This document shows, one piece after another, positions 9,539-20,867 of a DNA stretch of 64,000 nt; position 1 is the stretch's first letter; each line of letters begins with the position of its first letter. The notes below the pieces were generated by a model, which saw nothing but the letters and a program-made list of their open reading frames with translations, made no database searches and was not told where the DNA came from. Source of the DNA: an uncultured Bacilli bacterium (GTDB lineage: Bacteria; Bacillota_I; Bacilli_A; RF39; UBA660); the NCBI GenBank assembly GCA_934096235.1, contig CAKOLO010000005.1, positions 1,084-65,083 on the forward strand, in the 5' to 3' direction. The position numbers and the translations under genes were made by a program.

Positions 9539-11389
9539 ATGGAAAATAATGAAAATGAATCTAAAAGAAAAATTAGAAATAAAACTAAAATGGTAGGTGT
9601 TTTATTGGGTACTGCCGCTACAATAAATACTATAAATGATGCAAGACAATTAATAACATCAAGCATAGTAGCAAGAACTAACGATGGTACTGAAGAAAAC
9701 ACAGTAGGTTATGAAGAATATAATACTAGATTTAATACAACAGTTCATTCTAATAACTTTGTAGTACTTAAAGTAAGTGAAAAATCATTCAATGATATAA
9801 CAAATTTAAGAAACACATTAAATGAATGTAAAGATAGAAATATTTCAGTATGTATAGTTCTTGATACTAAAGCTGAAAATCTAGCTAAGATGCATAAAAA
9901 TATAGATTTCTTACAAGCAGTAGTAAAACAATATAATATAGATATGCCTATATATTGCAATATAGATAACATTATGAATAACAAAAAACTAAATAATGCT
10001 GAAAAACAAACATTAATAGAAGCATTCTTAGATAAAGCAACAAGAAGTAATATGTATGTAGGTTTATATGGAAGTGATGCTAGTCTTACTGATTGTAATG
10101 AGTACATAACAAAAATTACTGATTATGATACATTTTTAGTAGAAGATGGTGAAAACATTAAGTATTCTGGAAGTCATAATATAACTAAAGACTTAAATGG
10201 AGTAATTGGTGCGACTATAGATTTATCTGAAATAGTAAAAGAAAGAAACTTAAATAATAGTACATCTTTAGTATATTCACAAGGATATATAGTTAAAGAA
10301 GGAGAAACTCTTCATAGTATAGCTTTAACTTGCGGACTAAGTGAAAATGATTTAAAAGAATATAATCATAATATAAAAGAAGTTAATGCTGGAGACACAA
10401 TATATATACCTAATCTTTATATGACATATAATAAAGATACAAATACTTCTACATATAATTATGCGATAGCAAGAGGAATAGATATTTCAGACTTTCAAAC
10501 CAATATAGATTGGGATAGGGTAGCTGAAACATCCGATTATGTAATAGTAGAAGTAGCAAGAGATGATGGTAATTATTTAGATAACGAAGGATATTACTTA
10601 TCTTCATCAATTAAGCAAATAAAAGGTGCTACTAGTAAGAATATAGACTTAGGTTTATACTTTTGTATTTATAAGGAAATGAACACTAAAATATATGAAC
10701 AAAGATTAGATAAATATTTAACTAAATTAGATAAAGAACTTGAAGAACAGGAAGTTACTATTGATAAAGTAAATGTACCAGTATTTATAGATTTTGAAGT
10801 TTACACAAAAGATAATGACTATTATGAATTATTACAAGTATTTAAAGATGTTTGTAGTAAACATGGATATTCTAAAGTTGGTATTTATGGTAATGGGTCT
10901 ACATTAAATTCTATATGTATTAATATGATTTCAAAACATAATACAACACTAAAAAATACTGACTTTTATGTATGGAAAGCAGGAGGACCTCAATACTCAT
11001 CTGATGAACATAATGATGAAGGAATAAGTTTAGATAACTTAAAAGAGTATAGGGGAGAGTCAACTTCTAATTTCACTGTAGATATGCAACAAGTAACAAA
11101 CGTATGTAATGATGTAGGTGCATCTAATTCTTCAGGACACTGTGATGTAAGTTATTTATATGATGAAGAAATGTTTGGGCACAAATATTCTAGAGAAGAA
11201 ACTACTGAAGTAATGGAAGTAGACTTAAATAATTATAGAAATATTCCAGTACATACTATAACTTCAAGTGCATTAAATACAGTTAGTGCATTAACTGCTT
11301 TAGGATATGCAGCATTAGGACTTAAAACACTTGCTAAAAAGTTAAAACAAAAGCATAAAGAAAATACTATTAAAAAGACACTAGAATAA
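9539..11389 (+). CDS. Cell-wall hydrolase: GH25 muramidase-like domain(s) plus LysM, with a C-terminal hydrophobic segment
   Basis: LysM motif YIVKEGETLHSIALTCGLSENDLKEYN...GDTIYIP. GH25 landmarks GIDISDFQTNIDWDRVAETSDYVIVEVA ... GLYFC ... VFIDFEVY. An N-terminal region looks like a second, degenerate GH25 repeat. The C-terminus ALTALGYAALGL is followed by a Lys-rich tail. Confidence 0.65.
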   Translation: MENNENESKRKIRNKTKMVGVLLGTAATINTINDARQLITSSIVARTNDGTEENTVGYEEYNTRFNTTVHSNNFVVLKVSEKSFNDITNLRNTLNECKDRNISVCIVLDTKAENLAKMHKNIDFLQAVVKQYNIDMPIYCNIDNIMNNKKLNNAEKQTLIEAFLDKATRSNMYVGLYGSDASLTDCNEYITKITDYDTFLVEDGENIKYSGSHNITKDLNGVIGATIDLSEIVKERNLNNSTSLVYSQGYIVKEGETLHSIALTCGLSENDLKEYNHNIKEVNAGDTIYIPNLYMTYNKDTNTSTYNYAIARGIDISDFQTNIDWDRVAETSDYVIVEVARDDGNYLDNEGYYLSSSIKQIKGATSKNIDLGLYFCIYKEMNTKIYEQRLDKYLTKLDKELEEQEVTIDKVNVPVFIDFEVYTKDNDYYELLQVFKDVCSKHGYSKVGIYGNGSTLNSICINMISKHNTTLKNTDFYVWKAGGPQYSSDEHNDEGISLDNLKEYRGESTSNFTVDMQQVTNVCNDVGASNSSGHCDVSYLYDEEMFGHKYSREETTEVMEVDLNNYRNIPVHTITSSALNTVSALTALGYAALGLKTLAKKLKQKHKENTIKKTLE

Positions 11390-11390
11390 A

Positions 11391-11414
11391 AGAAGCTTAA
11401 ATTTTTAAGCTTCT
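11391..11414. terminator. Bidirectional terminator between convergent genes
   Basis: AGAAGCTTAAA / TTTAAGCTTCT palindrome flanked by an A-run and a T-run. It overlaps the helD stop codon. Confidence 0.7.
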
Positions 11415-13447
11415 TTTTGATTATATATAATTAAGTGATGTTGACTTCTAGTACAAGCAACATAATATAAATATCTTTCTTTATAACTAAATTGATTATC
11501 TTTATGTGTATATACTATTGTTGCATCATATTCTAAACCTTTTGCCATATAAGAAGGTATTACTACTAGTTCACGACTAAATGCTTTAGAATTATTAGCT
11601 ATAAGTGTTAACTCTTCAAAATTACGTTTAAGTAATTTATAAATATCAGCAGCTTCTGTATCAGTCTTAGTAATAATTGCTATACTTCTATTATTCTTTT
11701 TAAGATTATTTATGTCATTACTTAATTGTTCTTTTAAATTATCTTCATGTCTAAATTCAACTGGTATATGTGTATCTCTTCTAATAGCTGATACTAAGTT
11801 AAGTCCAAGTATTTTATTCGCATGTTCTATAATTTCAGGACTTGATCTATAAGTCTTATTAAGTTCTATATAATTAACTGAGTCAGGGAATACTTGCTTT
11901 AAATCTTCAAGACTCTTATATTCATAATATGGATTTATTGTTTGATTGATATCTCCTAAAATAGTGAATTTACTTTTTCTAAGTATCTTCTTAAGTAATA
12001 TATATTGAAGAACATTATAATCTTGTGCTTCGTCAACTATAGTTTGTTCAATCATATAGTCATATCCAAGGAATGTAAGCAAACTCTTCATATATACAAA
12101 TAGACACGCGTCTTCATAAGAAATATCTTTTGAATCAAGTTTATTTATATATGAGTCAGGTAATTCTTTATCATACACTTTCTTAAATTCTTGACTTCTA
12201 AAGAATCCTTTATATATTTCTTTCATATCTATGGAAATATTTAATCTTTCTCTTAGCCATTTTCTTATTTGTTTAGCTCTTGATTTATTACCTCTAAATT
12301 CTATCTCAGCAATCTTTAATGATATTTCATCAATTCTCTCAAGTAATGGTATACTTGAATATCTCTCAAGCAAATAATAATTTAACTTTTCAAGTGGTAC
12401 ATATAAATCTCTATTAAATATTTCACTAGTAAATCTAGCTTTACTTGTATAATTCTTAATATATTCTTCCATAACAGGGATTATCTCATTAGATTGTTTT
12501 AACTTTATTAAATCTACATATGCTTCTTCATATTTATAATATCTTTCTATAAAAGATGTAAAAGATTCAATATGTTTATATTCTGTAATATATGTTTCTA
12601 AGAAATCACTAAATGTTGTTTCTTTAGTATTGTCTTCACCAAGTTCAGGAAGTACATTAGATATATATTCACTAAATATATGGTTAGGCGCAAATATAAG
12701 TACTTTATCACTAGTTAAATTCTTAATCTTATAAAGTAAGAATGCTATTCTATGAAGGGCTACACTAGTTTTACCAGAACCAGCTATACCTTGAACTATT
12801 AAATTTTTATCTTTAGTATTTCTTATAATTGCATTTTGTTCACTTTGAATAGTATTAACTATATTTTTCATATAGTCATTATTCTTTCTTGAAAGTACTT
12901 CTTGAAGCATCTCATCTTGAATAGTAAGTTTACTATCAAATACATGTTTAATCTTAGAATTTTCTATAGTAAACTGTCTTTTATTATGAAGATAACCTTT
13001 CATTATTCCACCAGGTGCATCATACTGACATTCACCTTGTTCATAATCATAGAATATACTAGATATTGGACTTCTCCAGTCATAAATAATATTATTATCT
13101 CCTTTAGTAAGGTAGGTAAGTCCAATATAAATATCATTTTTTCCTTCGTCATCCTCATAAGTTATCTTACCAAAGTATGGACTATTTTGAATCTTATAAA
13201 GTTTCTTATAATACTTAGCTTTCATTTCTAAGTCATCAATTTCTTTATCATTACTTGATAAAATAGTCTTCATTTCAGTAGGATCTAACTCAGCCTTAGT
13301 ATCCCATACATATCTCTTAAATTCTTGCTGTTTTTCTTCGTTATCATATAAGTCTTGAGCAAGATTTGAAATATTTTCTCGTAAAAGTTCAGTAGTTAAT
13401 TCTAGATGCTTTTGTTCTTTCTTTAATTCTTCTTCACTTAAATTCAT
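11405..13447 (-). CDS. helD: HelD-type UvrD/Rep-family helicase (helicase IV, RNA polymerase recycling factor)
   Basis: The coiled N-terminal arm is followed by SPYFGKITYEDD and Walker A VQGIAGSGKTSVALHRIAFLLY, with a C-terminal 2A domain (YVACTRSQHHL). I chose the ATG at 13447 as the start because GGAGG lies 6 nt upstream of it; the upstream Met in the track contains that RBS. Confidence 0.8.
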   Translation of the reverse strand: MNLSEEELKKEQKHLELTTELLRENISNLAQDLYDNEEKQQEFKRYVWDTKAELDPTEMKTILSSNDKEIDDLEMKAKYYKKLYKIQNSPYFGKITYEDDEGKNDIYIGLTYLTKGDNNIIYDWRSPISSIFYDYEQGECQYDAPGGIMKGYLHNKRQFTIENSKIKHVFDSKLTIQDEMLQEVLSRKNNDYMKNIVNTIQSEQNAIIRNTKDKNLIVQGIAGSGKTSVALHRIAFLLYKIKNLTSDKVLIFAPNHIFSEYISNVLPELGEDNTKETTFSDFLETYITEYKHIESFTSFIERYYKYEEAYVDLIKLKQSNEIIPVMEEYIKNYTSKARFTSEIFNRDLYVPLEKLNYYLLERYSSIPLLERIDEISLKIAEIEFRGNKSRAKQIRKWLRERLNISIDMKEIYKGFFRSQEFKKVYDKELPDSYINKLDSKDISYEDACLFVYMKSLLTFLGYDYMIEQTIVDEAQDYNVLQYILLKKILRKSKFTILGDINQTINPYYEYKSLEDLKQVFPDSVNYIELNKTYRSSPEIIEHANKILGLNLVSAIRRDTHIPVEFRHEDNLKEQLSNDINNLKKNNRSIAIITKTDTEAADIYKLLKRNFEELTLIANNSKAFSRELVVIPSYMAKGLEYDATIVYTHKDNQFSYKERYLYYVACTRSQHHLIIYNQKEA

Positions 13448-13609
13448 TATAACCTCCCTAGAGTTCAAGTGTCACATCATTTAAAAATTAACAGCATAAA
13501 CAAAATGATAGCAAACAAGTCTAACTTTGTCAATTGAAAATGAAAAAATAAATAAAATTAGACAAAAATTATCATTGAAAAACTAAATAATATAAATTAT
13601 AATTATCTT

Positions 13610-14794
13610 ATGATAAAGAGAATAAAAGAATTTATAAAAATTAGTGAAGAAGATTTATTAATGATAGTGCTTGCCTTTATGTCATTTTCAATAGGTATAT
13701 GGAGAAACTATAGACAATTATGGCTTGAAAATGTTGGATTTGATGTACAAAGTATTAGTAAAATATTATCAGTTGCATTAATATGCAGCGCACTTATATC
13801 ATTTATAATAAGTATATACTCAACAAGAGTTAAAGTTAAAAATGTAATAATGCTTACAGGAACACTTAGAGCTTTAGCTATGATGATTCTTCTTTTGAAC
13901 AATAACACTTATATAATAAAAGTGTGTATGTTAATATGCGTTATGTGTGAAACAACATTCTCAATAGCATTCTATCCACTTTTAACAACAATAAATAAAG
14001 AGAGAAGTGCTTTTGCTAAACAAGCTTTAATAAACTATCTAGGAAAAGATGCTGGTGTTATAGTATGTGGCCTTTTAATAGGAGTAACTGTTGGTAACAT
14101 CGTATTTGATTATAATAGTTGTTTATTCTTAGCAATGATTTCAACTATATTATCAATTTTATTTTTAATACTATTTAATGAAAATAAAACTTATAAAAAA
14201 AGAAATGTTCTTCCATTAAAGAAAGCACTAAAAAATTTAACAAAATCTAAAGTGAATAATTATTTCTTATTTTCTCAATTTATTATGAATATCTCTTATG
14301 GTATGATATTTGGTCTAGTTATGCTTATACTTACTAACTTTATAGGTTTTAGTGTAAGTATTGCATCTATATTTATAATAGTTTGTAATCTAGTAGGAAG
14401 TATAGCTTGTTCATTATTTAATCATTATGGAACAAAACTTTCAGTAAGAACAAGTACATTTATAAAATATGGTTCTAGAGTTATAGCTTACTTAATAGCA
14501 TTCTTAATGCCAAATGCATTATCATTTATAATAGCGATGATTATAGCACATGTATCAGCAAGAATACTTGATGATAAAGTAACTGGAACATATTTAGCTA
14601 GAATAGATACTAATAGTCAATTCTTATTTGGAAATATTAGATACTTTATACTTAGTTTAGGCGAGGGTATTGGAGTATATTTAGCAGGTTATATGTTAGA
14701 AATATCATTTAGATCTTTATTTTTAGGTGCCTCTGTATTTACAATATTACAAATATTAATGTTTTTAAATCTAGATAAAATAAGAGATAAATAA
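13610..14794 (+). CDS. Polytopic membrane transporter, MFS-like
   Basis: About 12 hydrophobic segments in two halves. I recognised no diagnostic motif. Confidence 0.5.
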   Translation: MIKRIKEFIKISEEDLLMIVLAFMSFSIGIWRNYRQLWLENVGFDVQSISKILSVALICSALISFIISIYSTRVKVKNVIMLTGTLRALAMMILLLNNNTYIIKVCMLICVMCETTFSIAFYPLLTTINKERSAFAKQALINYLGKDAGVIVCGLLIGVTVGNIVFDYNSCLFLAMISTILSILFLILFNENKTYKKRNVLPLKKALKNLTKSKVNNYFLFSQFIMNISYGMIFGLVMLILTNFIGFSVSIASIFIIVCNLVGSIACSLFNHYGTKLSVRTSTFIKYGSRVIAYLIAFLMPNALSFIIAMIIAHVSARILDDKVTGTYLARIDTNSQFLFGNIRYFILSLGEGIGVYLAGYMLEISFRSLFLGASVFTILQILMFLNLDKIRDK

Positions 14795-14804
14795 GAAAAA
14801 ATAG

Positions 14805-14833
14805 TTGCATTTTACTAAAAAATATAGTATTAT
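14805..14833 (+). promoter_or_regulatory. sigma-A type promoter of rpsO
   Basis: TTGCAT, a 17-nt spacer, then TATTAT. The 14-mer TATTATTAACTAGA is shared with the rpsL promoter. The structured leader may be an S15 autoregulatory leader. Confidence 0.55.
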
Positions 14834-14920
14834 TAACTAGAAGTTTATTCTTAGTTTGGATGTACCTCTTACTTCTTTACTCAGAATTAACGGATTATTA
14901 AGATAAGGAGGATTTTTAAA

Positions 14921-15190
14921 ATGGCTTTAAGTAAAGACAAAAAGACTAGCATTGTTGAATCTTTCGCTAGAACTAAAGGTGACACTGGAAGCGTTGAAGT
15001 TCAAGTAGCACTTTTAACAGAAAGAATCAATAATCTTACTGAACATATGAAAGAACATAAACATGATTATCATACTAATCGTGGATTACTTCAAATGGTT
15101 GGTAAAAGAAAAAGTTTACTAGATTATCTAAAACGTGAAGACGTTCAAAGATATAGAGACTTAATCAAAAAATTAAATTTAAGAAAGTAG
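14921..15190 (+). CDS. rpsO: 30S ribosomal protein S15
   Basis: 89 aa with [38 protein letters not shown]. Confidence 0.95.
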   Translation: MALSKDKKTSIVESFARTKGDTGSVEVQVALLTERINNLTEHMKEHKHDYHTNRGLLQMVGKRKSLLDYLKREDVQRYRDLIKKLNLRK

Positions 15191-15217
15191 GCACTTATTT
15201 TAAGTGTCTTTTATTTT
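15189..15217 (+). terminator. Terminator/attenuator hairpin between rpsO and pnp
   Basis: AGGCACTTA / TAAGTGTCT stem followed by TTTTATTTT. Confidence 0.6.
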
Positions 15218-15232
15218 AGAGAAGGAGGAAAA

Positions 15233-17422
15233 ATGAAAAGAGTTTTTGAATATGATTTTCAAGGTAGAAAGATAGTTGTAGAACATGGTGAACTTGCTAA
15301 ACAAGCAGGTGGAGCAGTACTTGTAAGATACGATGACACTGTAATATTATCAACTTGCGTTATGAGTAATAACGTTTCAACAGCAGATTTTTTCCCTTTA
15401 ACAATTTTATATCAAGAAAAACTTTATTCTGTTGGTAAAATCCCAGGCGGATTTATTAAAAGAGAAGGTCGTCCAACAGATGCGGCTACTTTAACTGCAA
15501 GAGTTATTGATAGACCAATTAGACCTATGTTTGATGAAAACTTTAGAAATGAGGTACAAGTAGTAAATACTGTCTTAAGTGTAGACCCTGATAGAACACC
15601 AGAAATGACAGCATTATTTGGTACATCACTTTGCTTAGGCATTTCATCAATTCCATTCGAAGGTCCAGTAGCTGGAGTAATAGTTGGTAAAATAGATGGA
15701 GAACTAAAAATTAACCCAACTTGTGAAGAAATGGAAAGAAGTACTATTAACTTAACAGTTGCTGGTACTATAGATGCCATAAATATGGTAGAAAGTGGTT
15801 CAAAACAAGTAAGTGAAGAAGAAATGCTAGAAGCACTTATGTTTGGACACGAAGCAGTAAAAGAATTATGTGCTATTCAAAATGATATCATTAGTGAAAT
15901 TGGTGAAGAAAAGATAGAAGTAGTACTTGCTAATATCCCAGATGAACTAAGAGAAGAAGTAAATAATGATATCAAACAAGATATGATTGAAGCAATTCAA
16001 ATCAAAGATAAATTAGAAAAATATGCAAGAATAGACGAAGTAAAAGAAGAAGCAATAACTAAATATACTGAAAGACATGAAGGAGAAGAAGATTTAGAAG
16101 CTAATCTAAAACTAGTTAAGAAGGTGGCTGATGAAATCGAAGGAGCAGAAGTAAGACGTTTAATTACTAATGAACATATTAGACCAGATGGACGTGCTAT
16201 GGACGAAATTCGTGAATTATCAGCAGATGTAGATTTACTTCCAAGAACACATGGTAGTGCATTATTTACAAGAGGTCAAACTCAAGCACTAGCTATCACA
16301 ACATTAGGTGCTCAAAATGAAGAACAAATCTTAGATGGCTTAAGTTTAGAAGATTCTAAAAAGTTTATCTTCCATTATAACTTCCCAGCATTTAGCGTAG
16401 GTGAAACTGGAAGATATGGAAGCCCTGGTAGAAGAGAAATAGGACATGGAGCTTTAGCAGAAAGAGCATTATTACAAGTAATGCCTAGTCAAGAAGAATT
16501 CCCATATACAGTACGTGTAGTATCAGAAGTATTAGAAAGTAATGGTTCATCAAGTCAAGCAAGTATTTGTGCTGGATGTATGTCACTTATGTCAGCAGGT
16601 GTACCAATTAAAGCACCAGTAGCTGGTATCGCAATGGGACTTATCACAGAAGATGGAACATGTGACTCTAAATATACAATTCTAACAGATATTCAAGGAT
16701 TAGAAGATCATATGGGCGATATGGACTTCAAAGTAGCTGGTACAAGAAAAGGAATAACAGCACTTCAAATGGATATTAAGATCAAAGGAGTAACAAGAGA
16801 AGTATTAAAAGAAGCATTAGATAAAGCTCACAAAGCAAGAATGCAAATCTTAGATGTAATGGAAGCAACTATTAAAGAACCAAGACATGAATTATCAGAA
16901 TATGCTCCTAAGATTAGAACAATGAAGATTTCACCAGATAAGATTAAAGATGTAATCGGAAAAGGTGGAGACATGATCACTAAGATTATCTTAGAATCAA
17001 GTAATGTAACTTCAGTAAATCACAAAGATGCTGTTAAAATAGATATAGATGATGAAGGAAATGTAATTTGTTATCATATGAAGAAAGAAGTACTAGATAA
17101 AGCAATCAAGATGATTGAAGATATAGTTAAAGAAGTAGAAATCGGAGCAGTTTATACAGCAAAAGTTGTTAAAATTGAAGACTTCGGGGCATTCGTAGAA
17201 CTATGGCCAGGATGCGAAGGACTAGTACATGTTTCACAACTTGATAATAAGAGAGTAAATCATCCAAGTGATATCCTTAAAGTAGGAGACGAAATAGTGG
17301 TAAAAGCAACTGGATACGATAGAAAAGGAAAACTAAACTTATCTAGAAAAGAATTACTACCAAAAATAGAAAAAAAAGAAAATAAAAAAGATACTAAAAA
17401 AGAAGACATATCTGAAGAATAA
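15233..17422 (+). CDS. pnp: Polynucleotide phosphorylase
   Basis: Two RNase PH domains, then KH ([10 protein letters not shown]) and S1 ([20 protein letters not shown]) domains. The position after rpsO is canonical. Confidence 0.95.
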   Translation: MKRVFEYDFQGRKIVVEHGELAKQAGGAVLVRYDDTVILSTCVMSNNVSTADFFPLTILYQEKLYSVGKIPGGFIKREGRPTDAATLTARVIDRPIRPMFDENFRNEVQVVNTVLSVDPDRTPEMTALFGTSLCLGISSIPFEGPVAGVIVGKIDGELKINPTCEEMERSTINLTVAGTIDAINMVESGSKQVSEEEMLEALMFGHEAVKELCAIQNDIISEIGEEKIEVVLANIPDELREEVNNDIKQDMIEAIQIKDKLEKYARIDEVKEEAITKYTERHEGEEDLEANLKLVKKVADEIEGAEVRRLITNEHIRPDGRAMDEIRELSADVDLLPRTHGSALFTRGQTQALAITTLGAQNEEQILDGLSLEDSKKFIFHYNFPAFSVGETGRYGSPGRREIGHGALAERALLQVMPSQEEFPYTVRVVSEVLESNGSSSQASICAGCMSLMSAGVPIKAPVAGIAMGLITEDGTCDSKYTILTDIQGLEDHMGDMDFKVAGTRKGITALQMDIKIKGVTREVLKEALDKAHKARMQILDVMEATIKEPRHELSEYAPKIRTMKISPDKIKDVIGKGGDMITKIILESSNVTSVNHKDAVKIDIDDEGNVICYHMKKEVLDKAIKMIEDIVKEVEIGAVYTAKVVKIEDFGAFVELWPGCEGLVHVSQLDNKRVNHPSDILKVGDEIVVKATGYDRKGKLNLSRKELLPKIEKKENKKDTKKEDISEE

Positions 17423-17447
17423 AGTTTGTCACATTGACAAACTTTTT
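17421..17447 (+). terminator. Rho-independent terminator after pnp
   Basis: AAAGTTTGTCA / TGACAAACTTT 11-bp stem, CAT loop, then T-rich sequence. Confidence 0.8.
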
Positions 17448-17487
17448 AATTATAGTATAATAAGCATAATTAAAAAGAGGGGATATT

Positions 17488-18387
17488 ATGCAAAGAGATG
17501 AAGAAAAAAATATATATTTTAGTTTAAAAAATGTAACAACTATTTTATATAGACTATATTGCAATCTAATTATACTTGAAATAAATGGCAAAGATACTTC
17601 ATTAGAATATGAAAAAACATTAAAAATGATAGAATTTTATACAGCTCTTGAAGATGAATATTATAAAAGAATAGAAGAATTAGTAAAAGAAGATGAAGAT
17701 ATTATCGAAAGAATGTATGTAAATAATCTTCTTAGTACAGAGTCAACATTCCCACCAGATAAACAATTAAGTGATCCTTCATATATTATATTTCATGATG
17801 TTAAAGAAGGAGATATCATACCGATGAGAATGGCTAATAAACTATTTGAAACAAGCTATATAACATCTAAAGAAGTAGATGAAATAGGAATGAAAATATA
17901 TAGTGAATATGAAACACAAAAAGGTACATATTTCATTGATGTATTAGATTCATTATCAAAAGATAGTGAATGCAAAGAATTTAAAAAAGAATTAATAAAA
18001 GCTAAGTATAAGGTAGCATTCATAAATAAAAAAAGATGTCCAAAAGAACCAGAAGATGAATTTATATCATCTTCCGCAAACGAAGTAGTAAATGCTAAAG
18101 AAATACTATCATATGCAAGAAAAATGTATGGTCTAAATGAAGCATCATTAAGAGCACCAGGTAATGCAAGAAAACTATTATTAACAATGGCATATATAAG
18201 AGCTAACATGCTTCAGATGGAAGAAGTTGGTATGCAAGCATTATATACACTTTTATCAATCGGAGAATCAAATGGAGACTTAAATCCAAGAGAAGGTAAA
18301 AAACTATTAGAAGAAATACTTGATTATGAGAAAAAAGATAAAGAAACATTCAAATCAAAAGGTAAATCTTTAAAAAGAAAATTCTAA
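17488..18387 (+). CDS. Hypothetical cytoplasmic protein
   Basis: Long ORF with coding-like composition. No motif recognised. Confidence 0.45.
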   Translation: MQRDEEKNIYFSLKNVTTILYRLYCNLIILEINGKDTSLEYEKTLKMIEFYTALEDEYYKRIEELVKEDEDIIERMYVNNLLSTESTFPPDKQLSDPSYIIFHDVKEGDIIPMRMANKLFETSYITSKEVDEIGMKIYSEYETQKGTYFIDVLDSLSKDSECKEFKKELIKAKYKVAFINKKRCPKEPEDEFISSSANEVVNAKEILSYARKMYGLNEASLRAPGNARKLLLTMAYIRANMLQMEEVGMQALYTLLSIGESNGDLNPREGKKLLEEILDYEKKDKETFKSKGKSLKRKF

Positions 18388-18417
18388 CGAATGTTTCTTT
18401 TTTTTATACTCAAAATG

Positions 18418-18446
18418 TTGAACTTTAATATAAAAAATGCTACAAT
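18418..18446 (+). promoter_or_regulatory. sigma-A type promoter of the adhesin gene
   Basis: TTGAAC, a 17-nt spacer, then TACAAT. Confidence 0.55.
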
Positions 18447-18474
18447 AGTTTTATAAAAATAGAAGGAGATAGGT

Positions 18475-20085
18475 ATGAAAAAAAATATTTTAAAAACATT
18501 AACTGCATTTTTCACACTTATATTATTTACTTTTTCAGTAAATGCAGTAACAAAACCAACTGATGAAATAGCAAGAGTTCCAAGTACAATTCCAGCTCCA
18601 GGAGCAAAACTATATGCAGCAGTTCAAAGTCCGTTTGACTTTTCAAAAATCAAATTTGTAAAAGGAAACAATGAAGTTTCTGGATACTCATCTATGAGAA
18701 AAATTGTTTTAACAGATGATTTTGAATACGAAACAGCAGCTAGTTCAGGAGATACTGGAATAGGTGTAGGACCAAATTGGTTCTCAGCATATTGCCTAGA
18801 TGGTAGACTAAAATATCCTGAAAATGGTTTATACTTTGCTTTTGAAAATGGTACTACTCAATATCAACAACTATTAGATACTATTGTATACCAAGCACTA
18901 GCAAACCAAATGAATAGTTCAAGCACTATGTATAATCTATTTAAATCAAAAAGAGATTATAAATACGCATCAACAGTAACTTATACAACACCAGGATATG
19001 ATGATGCAGCAACTGCATTTAAATCATTAAATAAAAATCCATTAGAAGTAGAAATATCAAGTGTAGCACTAGCTAATAAATCAATGAACACAATAACAAT
19101 AAGTGGTTCAGAATTAAATGCAGCAGTGGGAAAAACTGGAGATACATTTAAATTATCATTAAATATGATTTCAAAGACAGAAAATAACATTTTCTTTGAT
19201 TTATATGCAACTACTGCTATGGACAATACATTAAACTATAATAGAGCATTATGGATGATCGAACATAGTTATCCATCATTAAGCCTAAAAGATTCATTAA
19301 CAGTAGCTGGAGCTAGTTATGATGAATTAGTAAAAGAATTAAAAGCATTAGATACTAGTATAACTGATGCAAACGCAGAAAAATACGTAGAAAATTATGT
19401 ATATTCAACAGTTCAATATGCAATATGGAAAGTAAATGATGGCGTAGACATGAATGGTAATACTTTAGGTGATACATTAAAAGGATCTAATGAATTAAAT
19501 AAATTATATGCATATTTAATTGAAGATAAAGGAACATCATTCTATGCAAACTATGGTAAGAGTACTTTCTCTGAAGAATTAACAATAGTTAAACCAGAAA
19601 CTAAAAAAGAAGTATTTGAACAAACAACTGAGATATATAAATATGGTCCATTCAAAGTACAAGGAGACTTCATTGAAACAGGTAAAATCTACTTAACTGT
19701 TAAAGATGCTGAAAAGAATGGAGTTAAATTAGTAAATAAAAATGGAGACACTGTAACAGAAGTAACATCTGGAGAAGAATTCTATGTAGTAGCTAATAAA
19801 AAATCAAAAATCGCAAACATAACAATCGAAGCATCAGCTCCACAAGCTAAAAAATTCGTTCCAACAGGAAATAGAGGTAGAGTATATTATGCTAATAGTG
19901 CTCTAGGACAAAATGTTATTACTGGCGGAAAAATAGAAGCATCATCTACTGATCAAAATTTCGAATTATTATTTAATCCAAGTACTGGAGTAGAAAATGC
20001 AGGTATGCTATTTATAGTAACATTAATCGCATTTGGAATTGGTTACTTTGTATTAACTCGTAAAAATCAACCAGTTGAACTATAA
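18475..20085 (+). CDS. Cell-wall-anchored surface protein with thioester (TQXA) adhesin domain
   Basis: Signal peptide ending VNA. Candidate thioester Cys in WFSAYCLDG and Gln in TVQYAIWKV. The C-terminal sorting signal is NPSTG, then a hydrophobic stretch, then TRKNQ. Confidence 0.7.
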   Translation: MKKNILKTLTAFFTLILFTFSVNAVTKPTDEIARVPSTIPAPGAKLYAAVQSPFDFSKIKFVKGNNEVSGYSSMRKIVLTDDFEYETAASSGDTGIGVGPNWFSAYCLDGRLKYPENGLYFAFENGTTQYQQLLDTIVYQALANQMNSSSTMYNLFKSKRDYKYASTVTYTTPGYDDAATAFKSLNKNPLEVEISSVALANKSMNTITISGSELNAAVGKTGDTFKLSLNMISKTENNIFFDLYATTAMDNTLNYNRALWMIEHSYPSLSLKDSLTVAGASYDELVKELKALDTSITDANAEKYVENYVYSTVQYAIWKVNDGVDMNGNTLGDTLKGSNELNKLYAYLIEDKGTSFYANYGKSTFSEELTIVKPETKKEVFEQTTEIYKYGPFKVQGDFIETGKIYLTVKDAEKNGVKLVNKNGDTVTEVTSGEEFYVVANKKSKIANITIEASAPQAKKFVPTGNRGRVYYANSALGQNVITGGKIEASSTDQNFELLFNPSTGVENAGMLFIVTLIAFGIGYFVLTRKNQPVEL

Positions 20086-20092
20086 TAAAATT

Positions 20093-20115
20093 AAAGACCG
20101 CGAGGTCTTTTTTTA
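20093..20115 (+). terminator. Rho-independent terminator after the adhesin gene
   Basis: AAAGACC-GCGA-GGTCTTT followed by a T-run. Confidence 0.8.
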
Positions 20116-20186
20116 TGTAAAAAAAGAAGTGTTTTAAGTATTTATGTCTAATTATAATAATAGAGGGATAGAGAAAGGAGATAAAT

Positions 20187-20867
20187 ATGGAAGCACTAGG
20201 AAGCTATATAAAAGAAAATATGATAAAAGTAGTAGTAATAACATTATTACTATTTTTATATGTGGGATCATTTATTTATATTAGTACTAAAATTATAAAA
20301 ACAGAAAAAGGTTCGGAAAACGAAACAAATGTACTAGCAAAAGAAGATTTAAAAGAAGAAACAAACACTGAAACAAGTGTAAAAGAAATAATAGTTGATG
20401 TTAAAGGAAGTGTTAAAAAACCTGGAGTTTATAAAATAAAGGAAAATTCAAGAGTAACAGATGCAATTGACGCAGCAGGAGGACTTTCTAAAAATGCTAA
20501 CACTAGATTTATAAACTTATCTAAATTATTAAGTGATGGTGATGTAGTGGTAATCTATTCAAATGAAGAGATAGAAGATGCTAAGAAAGAAGATAAAATA
20601 GTAGTAGAGACTCCATGTATTTGTGAAGAAGTAAAAAATGATGCTTGTTATAAAGAAGAAACTACCAATACAAACGGAAAAATAAATATAAATACAGCTA
20701 CTATAAATGAACTAATGACTTTAACTGGAATAGGCGAATCAAAAGCAAAACATATAATTGAATATAGAACACAAAATGGCAACTTTAAAGACATAAAAGA
20801 CATAATGAAAGTAAAAGGTATTAGTGAAACACTTTTCTCTAAATTTAAGGAAAATATTACTATCTAA
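20187..20867 (+). CDS. comEA: Competence protein ComEA (DNA receptor)
   Basis: N-terminal TM segment, SLBB-like region (VDVKGSVKKPGVYK) and C-terminal helix-hairpin-helix (ININTATINELMTLTGIGESKAKHIIEYR). Confidence 0.85.
   Translation: MEALGSYIKENMIKVVVITLLLFLYVGSFIYISTKIIKTEKGSENETNVLAKEDLKEETNTETSVKEIIVDVKGSVKKPGVYKIKENSRVTDAIDAAGGLSKNANTRFINLSKLLSDGDVVVIYSNEEIEDAKKEDKIVVETPCICEEVKNDACYKEETTNTNGKININTATINELMTLTGIGESKAKHIIEYRTQNGNFKDIKDIMKVKGISETLFSKFKENITI

Noticed and set aside
12902-13231. Plus-strand 109-aa ORF
   Set aside because: It is antisense to helD, with a hydrophobic low-complexity translation.
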